64,000 bases of DNA from Candidatus Fermentibacterota bacterium (lineage in GTDB: Bacteria > Fermentibacterota > Fermentibacteria > Fermentibacterales > JCC-6). How positions within the stretch are numbered: position 1 is the first letter of the stretch; each line of letters opens with the position of its first letter. The position numbers and the translations under genes were made by a program. The stretch covers positions 352,001-416,000 of the forward strand of contig CAWJQI010000001.1 in NCBI GenBank assembly GCA_963845085.1, read 5' to 3'. Shown piece by piece: positions 20,133-30,091 of the stretch. The notes under the pieces are model-generated. The model saw only the letters and a program-made list of their open reading frames with translations. It made no database searches and was not told where the DNA came from.

Positions 20133-20219
20133 GTTGACCTTGGCTTCCCTGCGGCTGCAGAATCCCATATGCTTAAAGGGTTCACAGGTTCGACCACCAG
20201 GCAGGAGGGGGTAAGAGAA

Positions 20220-20666
20220 TTGAAAACACCTGACGGCGGCGGGAAAAAACCGGGGATGCAGAAATCCGGCGGCTTTTTCAAACAACCCCGAAAACCCGAG
20301 GAAAAAGTGCGTCCGGTGCATGAAAAACCTGACTACACGCCTGCTCCCAAGCCCCAGCACCAGGGTGAACAGTCCCTGAAGGACCAGTACCGGAAGGAGC
20401 ACTACAGGCAGGAACAGAAGCCCATGTACAAGGCCGGGGAGCAGCCCCTTCAGAAACCCCAGCGCGACGCCGACCACAAGAAGAGGCTCGCTTTGCTTGA
20501 CAGGTTCAAGAACCGGCAGGGGCAGAGCGAAGCCGACATCTCCTCGGCTGAGTCATCCTCTACGGCGTCAACCGGGGGGGGAAGGCGTTCGTGCTGCCTC
20601 GGCTGCGCGGTTTACGCAATGACGGTGCCTGCGCTTGTTCTGCTTGTGCTTTTCTCCGTCATCTAG
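20220..20666 (+). CDS. Hypothetical protein, charged low-complexity N-terminus and C-terminal TM anchor
   Basis: GGAGG RBS before TTG 20220 (alternative ATG 20256); ends RRSCCLGCAVYAMTVPALVLLVLFSVI. Confidence 0.6.
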   Translation: MKTPDGGGKKPGMQKSGGFFKQPRKPEEKVRPVHEKPDYTPAPKPQHQGEQSLKDQYRKEHYRQEQKPMYKAGEQPLQKPQRDADHKKRLALLDRFKNRQGQSEADISSAESSSTASTGGGRRSCCLGCAVYAMTVPALVLLVLFSVI

Positions 20667-20795
20667 AGCGATTCACTGCGGGGTGACCGGCTGACAGTGC
20701 TTGTCGATGTGACAGCGCCCTGTTATTTGTAAGGTGTGGCGGAGCAGCCCGTGTATGCCCTTGTTCCATCAGGATGAAGCGGGAGGTTGCACAAA

Positions 20796-23066
20796 ATGCG
20801 GCTTTTGATCGTTCTGATTGCATTTACTGGTGTTGCATCCGCCCTCCCGCCCTGGGAAACCGTGGGACCCGGGGGGTTCGGCTGCGGACTGATGAGCATC
20901 ACCCAGTCCTTCGACGATCCCGATGTTCTGTATTCCGTCGGGGGGCCTGTTTCACAGGGGAACTACATCCTCCACTCCATGAACCGGGGAGAGCAATGGG
21001 GCCTTCTCTCCTCCCCGGCCAGCCCGCAGAACCACCCCGCTGTTATGGCCCTGACACCCGACGGCGTCATGCTTTTCGCACAGAGCAACCAGGACCAGAT
21101 TGCCCGCTCCTCCGATGACGGCCTCACCTGGACATGGGTGGGAATCGGAAGCGACTACTCCACGGTGTACGATATCGCGACCCTTCCCGGAGTACCGGGC
21201 TGCGCCTGGGCCGTGGGGCGCGGCAAGACGGGCGGCGGTCCGTACAGGGCGTTCTTCTGGCGGACGACTGACTCGGGGCTTTCCTGGAGCACCGACGATC
21301 TTCTCACAACGGGTTCGGAAGCTTTTCGGATCTCCGCCTGCGCCATCGACCCGAACGTTATCTACGTCTCGGGCAGGCAGAATACGTCACCCAGGGTTCC
21401 CATGATCATGAGGTCATCCGATGGCGGCTCCTCCTGGACCGACGTGACGCCGCCCGAATGCATTGCGACAGACAGCATAGGCCTCGGCGTCGCCGTCAGC
21501 CCGGTCGACCCCCTTCTCGTTCTTTTCAGCACGCGAAGGAACGTCTACCGAAGCAGCGACGGCGGGCAATCCTGGTCTGTCGTCAGCGGCGAGGACTGGG
21601 TTCACGACATCGAGTTCTCGCAGGCTGACCCCGAAGCGGCATTCGCGGGGGGTAACGGCGCCATCCTTTCAAGCGCCAACGCGGGGCTCTCATGGTCGAG
21701 GGTCGAGGTCTGGACCGGGTCCGACTCGGTCACGGCCGTCTTCCCCTCAAGAACGGATCAGAACAGCGTGTTCGCCGGCGGCACCGGCGGGTTCCTTGAA
21801 AGCAGCAACGCGGGCGCTGTCTGGACAACCGGCAACGAGGGCATGATGCTCACCGCCACCGGCAGCATCACAGCCTCATCCGGTCCTTCACCAAGGCTTT
21901 ACATGGTTGTCGACGGCACGGTTGCACTTTCCGATGACCTGGGTTCCTCGTGGTCGGCCCGCACGACTCCGGAGGGAATGAACACATACGGCCTCAACAT
22001 CGTTGTCGACCCCTTCGACATCGATCACATAGTCTGTCTCGACTACACCGGGGGCATATACTCGAGCGACGACGGCGGTTCCACCTGGACCGCTTCCGAT
22101 TCGGAACTCGACTTCGGCGGGGCGGCTGCATCGGTTCCCTCAACACCGGGCCTCATGTATGCGGCCGGTTCGAGGAATGTCTCCGGCGAGAGTTTCATGT
22201 CGCTCGGCACATCGTACGACGGAGGCCTGACCTGGAGTTTCCAGGACCTCGGCGACTCCCCGGGTCAGATCTACGCTCTCACCGTCGACCAGCAGCACCC
22301 TGACACGGTCTACGCCGGCGGCTCGTACACCACGATGCAGGGCAACGTTCTTCTCAGAAGCACTGACGGCTGTTCCTCGTGGGAGGAAGTTCAAACGCCT
22401 GTAAACTTCTATGGGATCTACGATGTGGCGGTAAACCCCGATGATCCCGGCATCATTCTTCTGGGAGGGTACGACGGCCTCTTCCGAAGCCCTGACTTCG
22501 GTGCTTCATGGATACTCGTGGAACCCTGCAGCTATGTGGAGCGGGTGCTGTTCGATCCCTCCATCCCCGGACGGGCCTGGTTCTACCAGTGCGGTACGGA
22601 GCTGCTCGGTATTTCCGTGAGCAGTGACGCCGGACTGACCTGGTCCCAGTGGAACGAGGGTCTTGTGACGTATCTCGACGTCGATGCGCTTGCCCTCGTT
22701 CCCGGCCAGCGTCTCTACGCCTCAACCGCATGTTCGGCATTTGCGCTGGACCTCTCCGTTACGGGCATATCGGAAGAGACCGGATCCGATCCGGCCATTT
22801 ACGGCATCCTTTCCATCACTCCCAACCCGATGCGGACCAGCGGCAACATCTGCTACTCCGTGGCCGATGCCGGACCGGTCGAGTTCCTGGTGTTCGACAT
22901 GGCCGGCAGGGTGGTTTCCCGATTCACCGACCAGCCCGAGAACGAGGGCATGAACTCGGTAATCTGGACCCCGGGGAGCGAAGGGCAGCTGAACTCGGGT
23001 GTCTACTTCATCAGGATGAGGTCGGGACAGGAAGGCTTCACTACCAGGGTGATACTGCTCGAATAG
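20796..23066 (+). CDS. Secreted BNR/Asp-box repeat (VPS10/YCF48-like) protein with T9SS type A/FlgD-Ig-like C-terminal domain
   Basis: Signal peptide; more than 10 SxDGGxxW Asp-boxes; C-terminus ITPNP...VFDMAGRVV...W...SGVYFIRM...RVILLE. Confidence 0.85.
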   Translation: MRLLIVLIAFTGVASALPPWETVGPGGFGCGLMSITQSFDDPDVLYSVGGPVSQGNYILHSMNRGEQWGLLSSPASPQNHPAVMALTPDGVMLFAQSNQDQIARSSDDGLTWTWVGIGSDYSTVYDIATLPGVPGCAWAVGRGKTGGGPYRAFFWRTTDSGLSWSTDDLLTTGSEAFRISACAIDPNVIYVSGRQNTSPRVPMIMRSSDGGSSWTDVTPPECIATDSIGLGVAVSPVDPLLVLFSTRRNVYRSSDGGQSWSVVSGEDWVHDIEFSQADPEAAFAGGNGAILSSANAGLSWSRVEVWTGSDSVTAVFPSRTDQNSVFAGGTGGFLESSNAGAVWTTGNEGMMLTATGSITASSGPSPRLYMVVDGTVALSDDLGSSWSARTTPEGMNTYGLNIVVDPFDIDHIVCLDYTGGIYSSDDGGSTWTASDSELDFGGAAASVPSTPGLMYAAGSRNVSGESFMSLGTSYDGGLTWSFQDLGDSPGQIYALTVDQQHPDTVYAGGSYTTMQGNVLLRSTDGCSSWEEVQTPVNFYGIYDVAVNPDDPGIILLGGYDGLFRSPDFGASWILVEPCSYVERVLFDPSIPGRAWFYQCGTELLGISVSSDAGLTWSQWNEGLVTYLDVDALALVPGQRLYASTACSAFALDLSVTGISEETGSDPAIYGILSITPNPMRTSGNICYSVADAGPVEFLVFDMAGRVVSRFTDQPENEGMNSVIWTPGSEGQLNSGVYFIRMRSGQEGFTTRVILLE

Positions 23067-23069
23067 CGG

Positions 23070-24515
23070 TCAGCGGCATCCCTTCCGAACAAACAACCCT
23101 CCGTCCGGCAGCGATGCTTTGAAGGCAAACACTGCGGGCGCCGCGAGAACAAGGCCGGCAGGAATCTCCAGATACCATGGGATCCCGGTAAAACGTTCAA
23201 GGGCAAGTATCCCCGGCACGGGAAGGGTTCCGAGCACAAAGGGCAGGAACAACCCCGGAAGAGTCCCCCTTCCCAGAAGCGCGGCGCATATCACGCCCAC
23301 GACAGCGCTCGAAACGACCGCTGCGACGCCTGCCGCCGGAAGACCGTACCTCCCCATGAACTGGATGTTCAGCACAAGGCTTGCCACGAGCCCCGCAGCC
23401 ACCGCCGGCACGGTCGCTTTCTGTCTGCCCTTGGCGATCACGGCAGAGAGCAGGAAGTTCATGAAGTAGAAGACCGGGATTCCAGCGAATAGAAGGATCC
23501 GCGTCCTGTCGAACTCGCCGGGATCAAGGCCCCTGAGGAATGCATCACCCCAGAGCAGCCTCATGAACAGCTGACCGGGCGGCAGGATCACGGCCACCAC
23601 AACAGCGGAGAGGGCTGAAATGAGCAATGCGATCTTCCTGATCTCGACCCGGGCCGAACCGTCCCGGAATGCCCTGCAGAGGCCGGGGAACAGCGCTCCG
23701 GGGAGAAGGGTCGGGGTCACGATGAGGATCAGCACCTCGAGCACCCTGTATATCTCGTTGTAGGCCCCGACGCTCACAACACCCAGGCTTCTTTCGATGA
23801 CGAGGTTGTCGACACGCTGGTGCAGTATGGCCACCAGCCCCATCAGCCCGAGGGGCCATGTTTCCCTGAACAGACCTGCAAGCCGGGCATGGTGAAAAAC
23901 CGGCTTCACATCGAAACCCAGCGCCCCCGCATCGGCAAAACTCGCGTACGCCATCACCGCACCCCTGAGGAGAAATGCCGAGGCGACCACATACGGGTGA
24001 GCGCGCAAAAGAAGTGCTGCGATCACTGCGAGAAGGAATACGGCAGCCGAGGACACCCTGGCCCCGGCCTCCCGGCTTGCACGTCCCGTCGCCCTGAAAC
24101 AGGCGAATGGCAGCTCTGACATTATCTCAAGCGTCACGCCGATGAGTATCGGAACAAGGATGAACGATTGTTCGGGCGGGTAGCTTGCGAGGGAGAAGAC
24201 CATCAGGCAGGCGAACGAGAAAAGCGCCATCAGGGTTCGGAACCCCAGTGCGCTTCGCCACAGTTCCCTCGACCCCTCCATGCTTCCCAGGCTCATCCTG
24301 CGGTTGACCAGGATGGCCGTTCCGAAATCGGTGATGAAGCAGGAGAAGACAGAAAGCACCACGGCGAGAAGCAGCCGGCCGAACCAGAGGTCGTCCATGT
24401 ACCTGGAGATCAGCATCATCGAGATGAAGAGGGCACCCTTGCTCACGAACTGGCCCATGAGCATTTGCATGCTGTTGGCCCCGCGGTCTCCGCTCGTAAC
24501 GGCTGTGTCTCTCAT
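23070..24515 (-). CDS. Polysaccharide flippase (Wzx/MOP family)
   Basis: ~14 hydrophobic segments; ITDFG, HQRVDNLVI...VGAY. Confidence 0.8.
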   Translation of the reverse strand: MRDTAVTSGDRGANSMQMLMGQFVSKGALFISMMLISRYMDDLWFGRLLLAVVLSVFSCFITDFGTAILVNRRMSLGSMEGSRELWRSALGFRTLMALFSFACLMVFSLASYPPEQSFILVPILIGVTLEIMSELPFACFRATGRASREAGARVSSAAVFLLAVIAALLLRAHPYVVASAFLLRGAVMAYASFADAGALGFDVKPVFHHARLAGLFRETWPLGLMGLVAILHQRVDNLVIERSLGVVSVGAYNEIYRVLEVLILIVTPTLLPGALFPGLCRAFRDGSARVEIRKIALLISALSAVVVAVILPPGQLFMRLLWGDAFLRGLDPGEFDRTRILLFAGIPVFYFMNFLLSAVIAKGRQKATVPAVAAGLVASLVLNIQFMGRYGLPAAGVAAVVSSAVVGVICAALLGRGTLPGLFLPFVLGTLPVPGILALERFTGIPWYLEIPAGLVLAAPAVFAFKASLPDGGLFVRKGCR

Positions 24516-24543
24516 CCCGGAATGATACTCGGCTGACCCGGGA

Positions 24544-25605
24544 TCACGGAAGCCTTTCCCTCAGGCTGATCGCGAGACTGCGAAGCCATCTTGGCCGGGT
24601 CCTGAAGCCCGACAGGCTTTTTGAACCGATGCCGTCAAGAACGCCTGCGTCGCATCCAAACGATGCGAGCAGCTCTGCGAACCCCTCCGGCGGGTGTTCC
24701 GACCCGCGTTCACGGACTATCCGGAGGGCTTCCTCCCTGTCGATGGCCCCCGCCCTGACCATGTTCGCGTACAGGAACTCGAACTTCCCGAAGCCGTTCC
24801 GCAGCCGGAACAGGTAGTCGGAAAACACCGTTCCGCGGCAGTCACTTCTCACGGAAGCAGCGGTACCCCTGTAATCAAGCTCCCGGTCAAGGGTCTCAAG
24901 AATCCGGCCGAGGTCCCAGTCAAGGTAGTCCGGCAGGTTGATCTGCTTCACACGGAACATCCTCTTCCAGCTCGGAAAGAAAAAGTCCCATTGAAGCTCC
25001 TTTCGCGTGAATCCGCCCTTCATGACGTTCCAGAAACAGACCCTGTCCATGTACGAGGTCTCCGACGGCGGGGCCTCAAGCATCTCGTTGAAGGCTGCAA
25101 CTACAAGCCTGATCCCGTGGATGTCGGCCGCCCTGAAGATGGCCGTGGGAATGAGCACCACGCACGCGCTGCAAAACTCGCCCGTAAGTTCGAGAGCCCT
25201 TCTGTAAACACGGTTCAGAAGCTCAGTCGAGGGCGAATAGGTGTAGAGGTCGACCCCCAGCTTCGAAACGCTCCGCTTCACGGAGAACTGGGCTTCCGGC
25301 GTGCTGAAACCGTTGTCGAAGTTGAATGCGAGGGGTTTCATGCCGTATCTGTTCTTCATGAGCCAGAGGGTGTATGTGCTGTCCTTCCCTCCGCTTACCG
25401 GAACAAGGCAGTCGTACTTGCCCCGTCCCCTGCCCCTGTAGCGGTCGAGCAGCCTTTCAAGGGACGCCTCACGGGCGGACCGGTCAACCCCCGCGTACTT
25501 CGCGTCGAACTCCCGGCAGACCCGGCAGACGCCCTCACCGTCGAAATCGATGCGGGGATAGCTTTCGGGAAGGATGCACCTTGTACAGCGTCTTGCTTCA
25601 TCCAT
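24544..25605 (-). CDS. N-acetyl-sugar amidotransferase-like (WbpG/PseA family) PP-loop protein
   Basis: RRCTRCILPESYPRIDFDGEGVCRVC, YDCLVPVSGGKDS, FDNGF, CxxC, VRAGAIDREEAL. Confidence 0.8.
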   Translation of the reverse strand: MDEARRCTRCILPESYPRIDFDGEGVCRVCREFDAKYAGVDRSAREASLERLLDRYRGRGRGKYDCLVPVSGGKDSTYTLWLMKNRYGMKPLAFNFDNGFSTPEAQFSVKRSVSKLGVDLYTYSPSTELLNRVYRRALELTGEFCSACVVLIPTAIFRAADIHGIRLVVAAFNEMLEAPPSETSYMDRVCFWNVMKGGFTRKELQWDFFFPSWKRMFRVKQINLPDYLDWDLGRILETLDRELDYRGTAASVRSDCRGTVFSDYLFRLRNGFGKFEFLYANMVRAGAIDREEALRIVRERGSEHPPEGFAELLASFGCDAGVLDGIGSKSLSGFRTRPRWLRSLAISLRERLP

Positions 25606-25631
25606 GAGCGCACACCGCCCGGAGGTCGGGC

Positions 25632-27365
25632 CTACGGCCTGTACACGTTGCTCGGGGCGTAACCTACCGCCTTCAGCGCCTCGTTCCGGCGGATCTTCTT
25701 CGTGGTGGTCTTCGGAAGGTCTCCCTCGCTGACGATGAAACCGGCTATTCGCTTGAAAAGCGGAGCGCCCTGGTTGTACTTCCTCACGGCGTTCCTCACG
25801 GCGTTCACCTCGTCATCGGGCGTGATCTTCCTGCCGTCCTTTTCCGCCTCTTCGATGAGCAGGTCCCTGTTGGGCACCACGATGGTCCATATCTCCTCGC
25901 CCTTGGCCTCTACGTTCTTCCCGAACACCATGCATTCATTGACGTAGTCGTTCCTGTTGAGAACGGTCTCGATCTCCTCGGGAAACACGTTTTTACCGTT
26001 CTTGGCGATGATCACGTTCTTCTTGCGCCCGGTTATGTAGAGAAAGCCTTCATCGTCCAGCCTTCCGTAGTCACCGGTGTGGAACCAGCGGTCGTGCGTC
26101 AGGACGGCCGCCGTGGCTTCCGGGTTGTTGTGGTAACCGAGCATGACGTTCGGCCCCTTCACGACTATCTCGCCGATGCCGTTCTCGTCACGGTCCTCGA
26201 TCTGAACCGTGCACTCGGGCAGGACCACGCCCACCGAACCCGGTCTGCACGCCTTGTCCCTGTTGACCGTCACGATCGGGGATGTTTCGGTAAGCCCGTA
26301 GCCTTCGAGGATGCTGAAACCCAGCTTCTGAAACCCCCGGATGACATCGGGGTCGATGCCGGCGCCGCCGGACACGAAGAGCCGCAGCCCGCCGCCGAAC
26401 TTCTGGTGAACCTGGTGGAAAAGCTTCTTCCGGATCGTTCTGGCGCCGAAGAACTCGCCTATCCCGGAGATGGTGGTTCCGACCATGTACTTGAGGCTGC
26501 CGCCGTGCGCGTTCCTGATGTTTGTCATGATCCTTCGGTGCATGTTCTCCCACAGCAGCGGGACGCCGATCACAACAGTCGACCGCGTTGCGGCAAGGTC
26601 ATCAACCACGTACCTGAGCCCGTGCGCGATGGCGATGGTACACCCCATAACCAGGGGCAGAAGGAACCCGCAGGTGCATTCATAGCTGTGGTGCACCGGC
26701 AGCACCGAGAGGAAAATGTCGTCCGGCAGTATCCGGATCAGCGCGATGACCTGCCTCAGATCCGACACCAGGTTCTCCTGGGAAAGCACCACGCCCTTGG
26801 CCATGCCGGTGGTCCCGGATGTGTAGCATATGGCGGCCGGCGCGTTCAAATCGAATGATGACGGGAGCTCGGTCCCGCTCGACCTGCCGGCCCGTATGAG
26901 GTCGCTCATGTGTCTGGGAGCGTTCATTCCGCCCATGTTCATGGCGTAGTTCTCGACCCCCTTTATGCCCGAGAAAACGTCCATGAACCTTGGGTCGTGT
27001 ATCGAAATGTTTGCGCCCGAATAGTGGACTATCGTCCGCATGTCCGCGGGTGGCAGTTCCCTGTCGATTGGGACGATTACCCCGCCCGCCCGCATGACCG
27101 CAAGGTATGTGGTGTACCATTGGATGCTGTTGTCGCCGGCCACTGCAACCACCGGCTTCGGGTTCATTTCGAGAAGCCCCCTGGCCATCCACTCCACATT
27201 GTTCCTGAGCTGGCCGAAGGTGACCGACCTGAAAAAACCGGGTTCGGCGGGCTCGAGCACTGCGGTCTTGTCGGGGTTCCGCCTGCATGCCGCTTCAACG
27301 GCCCCTGGAAGGCTTTCGATGGGGGGGACCGGAAGCAGCGGGCCTCCTGGAATGTTGTGCATCAT
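25632..27365 (-). CDS. Long-chain fatty acid-CoA ligase (AMP-binding)
   Basis: YTSGTTGMAKGV, EGYGLTETSP, WFHTGD, ITGRKKNVI, LPKTTTKKI. Confidence 0.9.
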   Translation of the reverse strand: MMHNIPGGPLLPVPPIESLPGAVEAACRRNPDKTAVLEPAEPGFFRSVTFGQLRNNVEWMARGLLEMNPKPVVAVAGDNSIQWYTTYLAVMRAGGVIVPIDRELPPADMRTIVHYSGANISIHDPRFMDVFSGIKGVENYAMNMGGMNAPRHMSDLIRAGRSSGTELPSSFDLNAPAAICYTSGTTGMAKGVVLSQENLVSDLRQVIALIRILPDDIFLSVLPVHHSYECTCGFLLPLVMGCTIAIAHGLRYVVDDLAATRSTVVIGVPLLWENMHRRIMTNIRNAHGGSLKYMVGTTISGIGEFFGARTIRKKLFHQVHQKFGGGLRLFVSGGAGIDPDVIRGFQKLGFSILEGYGLTETSPIVTVNRDKACRPGSVGVVLPECTVQIEDRDENGIGEIVVKGPNVMLGYHNNPEATAAVLTHDRWFHTGDYGRLDDEGFLYITGRKKNVIIAKNGKNVFPEEIETVLNRNDYVNECMVFGKNVEAKGEEIWTIVVPNRDLLIEEAEKDGRKITPDDEVNAVRNAVRKYNQGAPLFKRIAGFIVSEGDLPKTTTKKIRRNEALKAVGYAPSNVYRP

Positions 27366-27370
27366 CCTCC

Positions 27371-28576
27371 TCAATCGAAGCCGGGGTTTCGATCCGTACG
27401 GTCGGCGACCACGCGGAAGCCGACGAACGGATATCCGTTTCCGGGCGAGAACTGGGCCAGGGTTCCGGGGGAGCAGTCATCCGTCGAACTGAGCCAGCTG
27501 CCGCCGGCAGCCGTACCGGGAGCGGAGGTCCACTCCCACACGTTCCCAGCCGTATCATAAAGCCCCCAGGGGTTCGCGGGGTATGATCCCACCGGGGCAG
27601 TTGCGGCATGGCCGTCATTGATTTCGGGGTGCCTTGAGAGAATGGTTTCCGATGAATCCGAGCAGTTGAATTCACCCGGAACGGGAGTGAAACTCCCCCC
27701 CGATCCTGCCGCGGCCTGCCACTCCCAGGGAGTGGGCAGCCTGAACTCGAGCCCGTCAGGGTCGCCCGCCGACAGCCAGAGACAGTACAACTCGGCTCCG
27801 GCCTGTGTAACCCCGTAGACCGGGTGGTCCTCCAATCCGGGAACGGCCTCGTACCGCGAGGAATCAACGTTTACAACGATGGGAAGCGGCCAGTTGCAGC
27901 GAAGTATGCTGTCCGACATCGCGGTTCGACCCGCAAGCTCGGAACCCGTCCGGTGAAGGTCGGGGTCAACGCTGTTCATGAAGGCTGCGAACTGCGCCGT
28001 CGTGACCTCGCTGATGCCGACGAGAATGCCTGGCGATCCCGGTGAAAGGAGGCTGCCGGGTATGAGCACCATCTCGCGGTCCTGATGAACGAGTCTGGGC
28101 ACTTCGCGTCTGATCGTGACAAGTTCTGGTGCGAGAAGAACCTGGTGAACACGGTCGCGTATGCCCCTCTCGCCCTGGATCAAAATGTCGTAGCTCCCCG
28201 GTCCGGGAAGGGGGATGGTGCACGGTGAAACGGCCGTGAACCCCTCCCATGTCACCGTCAGCCCCTCCGGTTCGGTGAAAAGGGCTATTCCGCAGAGCCT
28301 CTCGAGGTAAACAAGGATGGTGTCAGCCCCGGGGGTCACCACCGTGTCGACAGGGCTGTAGCCCTCATGCGAGATCGTCAGCCTGGTTCCGCCGATGTGA
28401 ACCGGAACGGAGAACGGCGCCGTCATCGGAGGCGCACCGCCGACGCTTACGAGGGCGCCCGAGGGCACTGTCAGCACGACGGCCCTGTGGGTTGGAAAGA
28501 GGTCGAGTGCAAACAGGCCGGCAACGAAAAACACGGAAAGTATCCCGAGAAGGACCAGGATCTGGGCGGGTTTCAC
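27371..28576 (-). CDS. Membrane-anchored PEGA + SUMF1/FGE-sulfatase-fold protein
   Basis: N-terminal TM; PEGA-like TVPSGALVSV; EVT, HPV, RLPTPWEW, NPWGLYDTAGNVWEW, GGSW, GFRV. Confidence 0.8.
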   Translation of the reverse strand: MKPAQILVLLGILSVFFVAGLFALDLFPTHRAVVLTVPSGALVSVGGAPPMTAPFSVPVHIGGTRLTISHEGYSPVDTVVTPGADTILVYLERLCGIALFTEPEGLTVTWEGFTAVSPCTIPLPGPGSYDILIQGERGIRDRVHQVLLAPELVTIRREVPRLVHQDREMVLIPGSLLSPGSPGILVGISEVTTAQFAAFMNSVDPDLHRTGSELAGRTAMSDSILRCNWPLPIVVNVDSSRYEAVPGLEDHPVYGVTQAGAELYCLWLSAGDPDGLEFRLPTPWEWQAAAGSGGSFTPVPGEFNCSDSSETILSRHPEINDGHAATAPVGSYPANPWGLYDTAGNVWEWTSAPGTAAGGSWLSSTDDCSPGTLAQFSPGNGYPFVGFRVVADRTDRNPGFD

Positions 28577-29977
28577 CTATCCGCTCCAGTCGTTGCCGAG
28601 CACGGCCCGAACATCCGCCCAGAGCTGCCCCATGCGGATGTCCCTCACAAATCGTCTGAGCATATAGGAGGGCCTGAAGTAGAATTTTCTGTGGAATGCT
28701 GCGTAGAACTTCCTGATGGTGTCCCAGTCGAGGTTTTCGTGCTCCCATACCTCGCTCGTGCAGTGGAAGTTGTATTTGTCCCAGTCGCGGGAGAGGATCC
28801 TGCCCTCCCTCTCGATGAGGGTGAACAGCGGCGACGAGGGGAAGGGAAGCGTCATCGAGGCCTTGGCGTAGGTGAGGGGAAGGCTGCACGCAAAGCGCAG
28901 GTTCCTCTTCATTGTCTCCACCGTGTCTCCGGGAAGGGCAAGCATGAAGAATCCCACCGTCTCCAGCCCCTCCTCGTGCGCCATGACCACTGCGTTCCTC
29001 ACCGTCTCGGGGTCCTGGTGCTTGTTCACCCGGGAAAGGACCTCGGGAACACCGCTTTCTATCCCGAAGGAGACCTGGTAGCATCCGGCCTTCCTGGCAA
29101 GCCTGAAAAACTCGCGGTCGACATCCCTTACATTCACACCGGTCGGCAGTGCCCAGGGCGCCTTAAAGCCCCTTTTAATCATCAGCTCAACGGTTTCCTT
29201 GGCTCTTGGCAAATCGGCGGTGAAGTTGTCGTCCTTGAAGTGGATGTCCTGGAAACCGAGCTCAAGCATCCTGAACATCTCGTCGAGAACGCGCTCGGAG
29301 CTCTTGCTGCGAACGGAATGGCCGAATATCCGCTGACTGCAATAGAGACAGTGGTGGTTGCATCCCCTGTTCGTCTCCATGTAGCCGACGGGATTCCTCC
29401 GGCTCGCGATGTGCGGCGAGTGGTAGTAGCGCAGATCGTGAAGCTGCCATGCCGGGAGGGGAAGGTCGTCGAGGTCGGCGATGAGGGGACGTGCGGGGTT
29501 CATCACGAAGGCGTCGCCGTCAAGACGCGCTATACCGGGGATGGAGCCGGGCTCTCTGCCGGCGCAAATGTCCCGCAGCGTGTTCTCGCCCTCGCCCATC
29601 ACGACAAGGTCGAACTCGGTCTCTCGCAGAACCTGCTCGGGAAGGGTGTTGGCGTGAATGCCCCCGGAGATGATTACTACATCGGGGAGAAGCTCCCTCG
29701 CGATCGCCGCGAGCTCCCTTGCTTCCCTGTAAAGAGGGGTGGTGAAGGTAATGCCGACAAAGTCGGGCTTCCAGGATGAGAGGGTTTTGCGGTAGGCTTC
29801 AATAGGGCGCCCCTCGATCATCAGGTCGGCGATCTTCACTTCATGCCCGTCTTCGAGGACGGCGCCGGCCAGCGTGGCGAGTGTGATGAAGGGGGCGCTT
29901 GTGATGGCCACCCTGATCTTGCTCCTGCTGTACACTTCTATTGCGGAAGGGGGGTTGACCAGCAGCAGTTTCGCCAT
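28577..29977 (-). CDS. Cobalamin-dependent radical SAM protein
   Basis: B12-binding N-terminus (LLVNPP, GGIHA, GEGE), LDDLPLP, ETNRGCNHHCLYC, DDNF, FGIESG. Confidence 0.9.
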   Translation of the reverse strand: MAKLLLVNPPSAIEVYSRSKIRVAITSAPFITLATLAGAVLEDGHEVKIADLMIEGRPIEAYRKTLSSWKPDFVGITFTTPLYREARELAAIARELLPDVVIISGGIHANTLPEQVLRETEFDLVVMGEGENTLRDICAGREPGSIPGIARLDGDAFVMNPARPLIADLDDLPLPAWQLHDLRYYHSPHIASRRNPVGYMETNRGCNHHCLYCSQRIFGHSVRSKSSERVLDEMFRMLELGFQDIHFKDDNFTADLPRAKETVELMIKRGFKAPWALPTGVNVRDVDREFFRLARKAGCYQVSFGIESGVPEVLSRVNKHQDPETVRNAVVMAHEEGLETVGFFMLALPGDTVETMKRNLRFACSLPLTYAKASMTLPFPSSPLFTLIEREGRILSRDWDKYNFHCTSEVWEHENLDWDTIRKFYAAFHRKFYFRPSYMLRRFVRDIRMGQLWADVRAVLGNDWSG

Positions 29978-30091
29978 TTTCCACCTTCGTGAGGGTAAGG
30001 GTTCCCAGACCCGGTATGATAGATTAAGAAGGCTTTGCGCGCCACTCTTGTCAGGGTTTTCCGCCGCTTCCCCCTTGGTTATAGTCATCCC

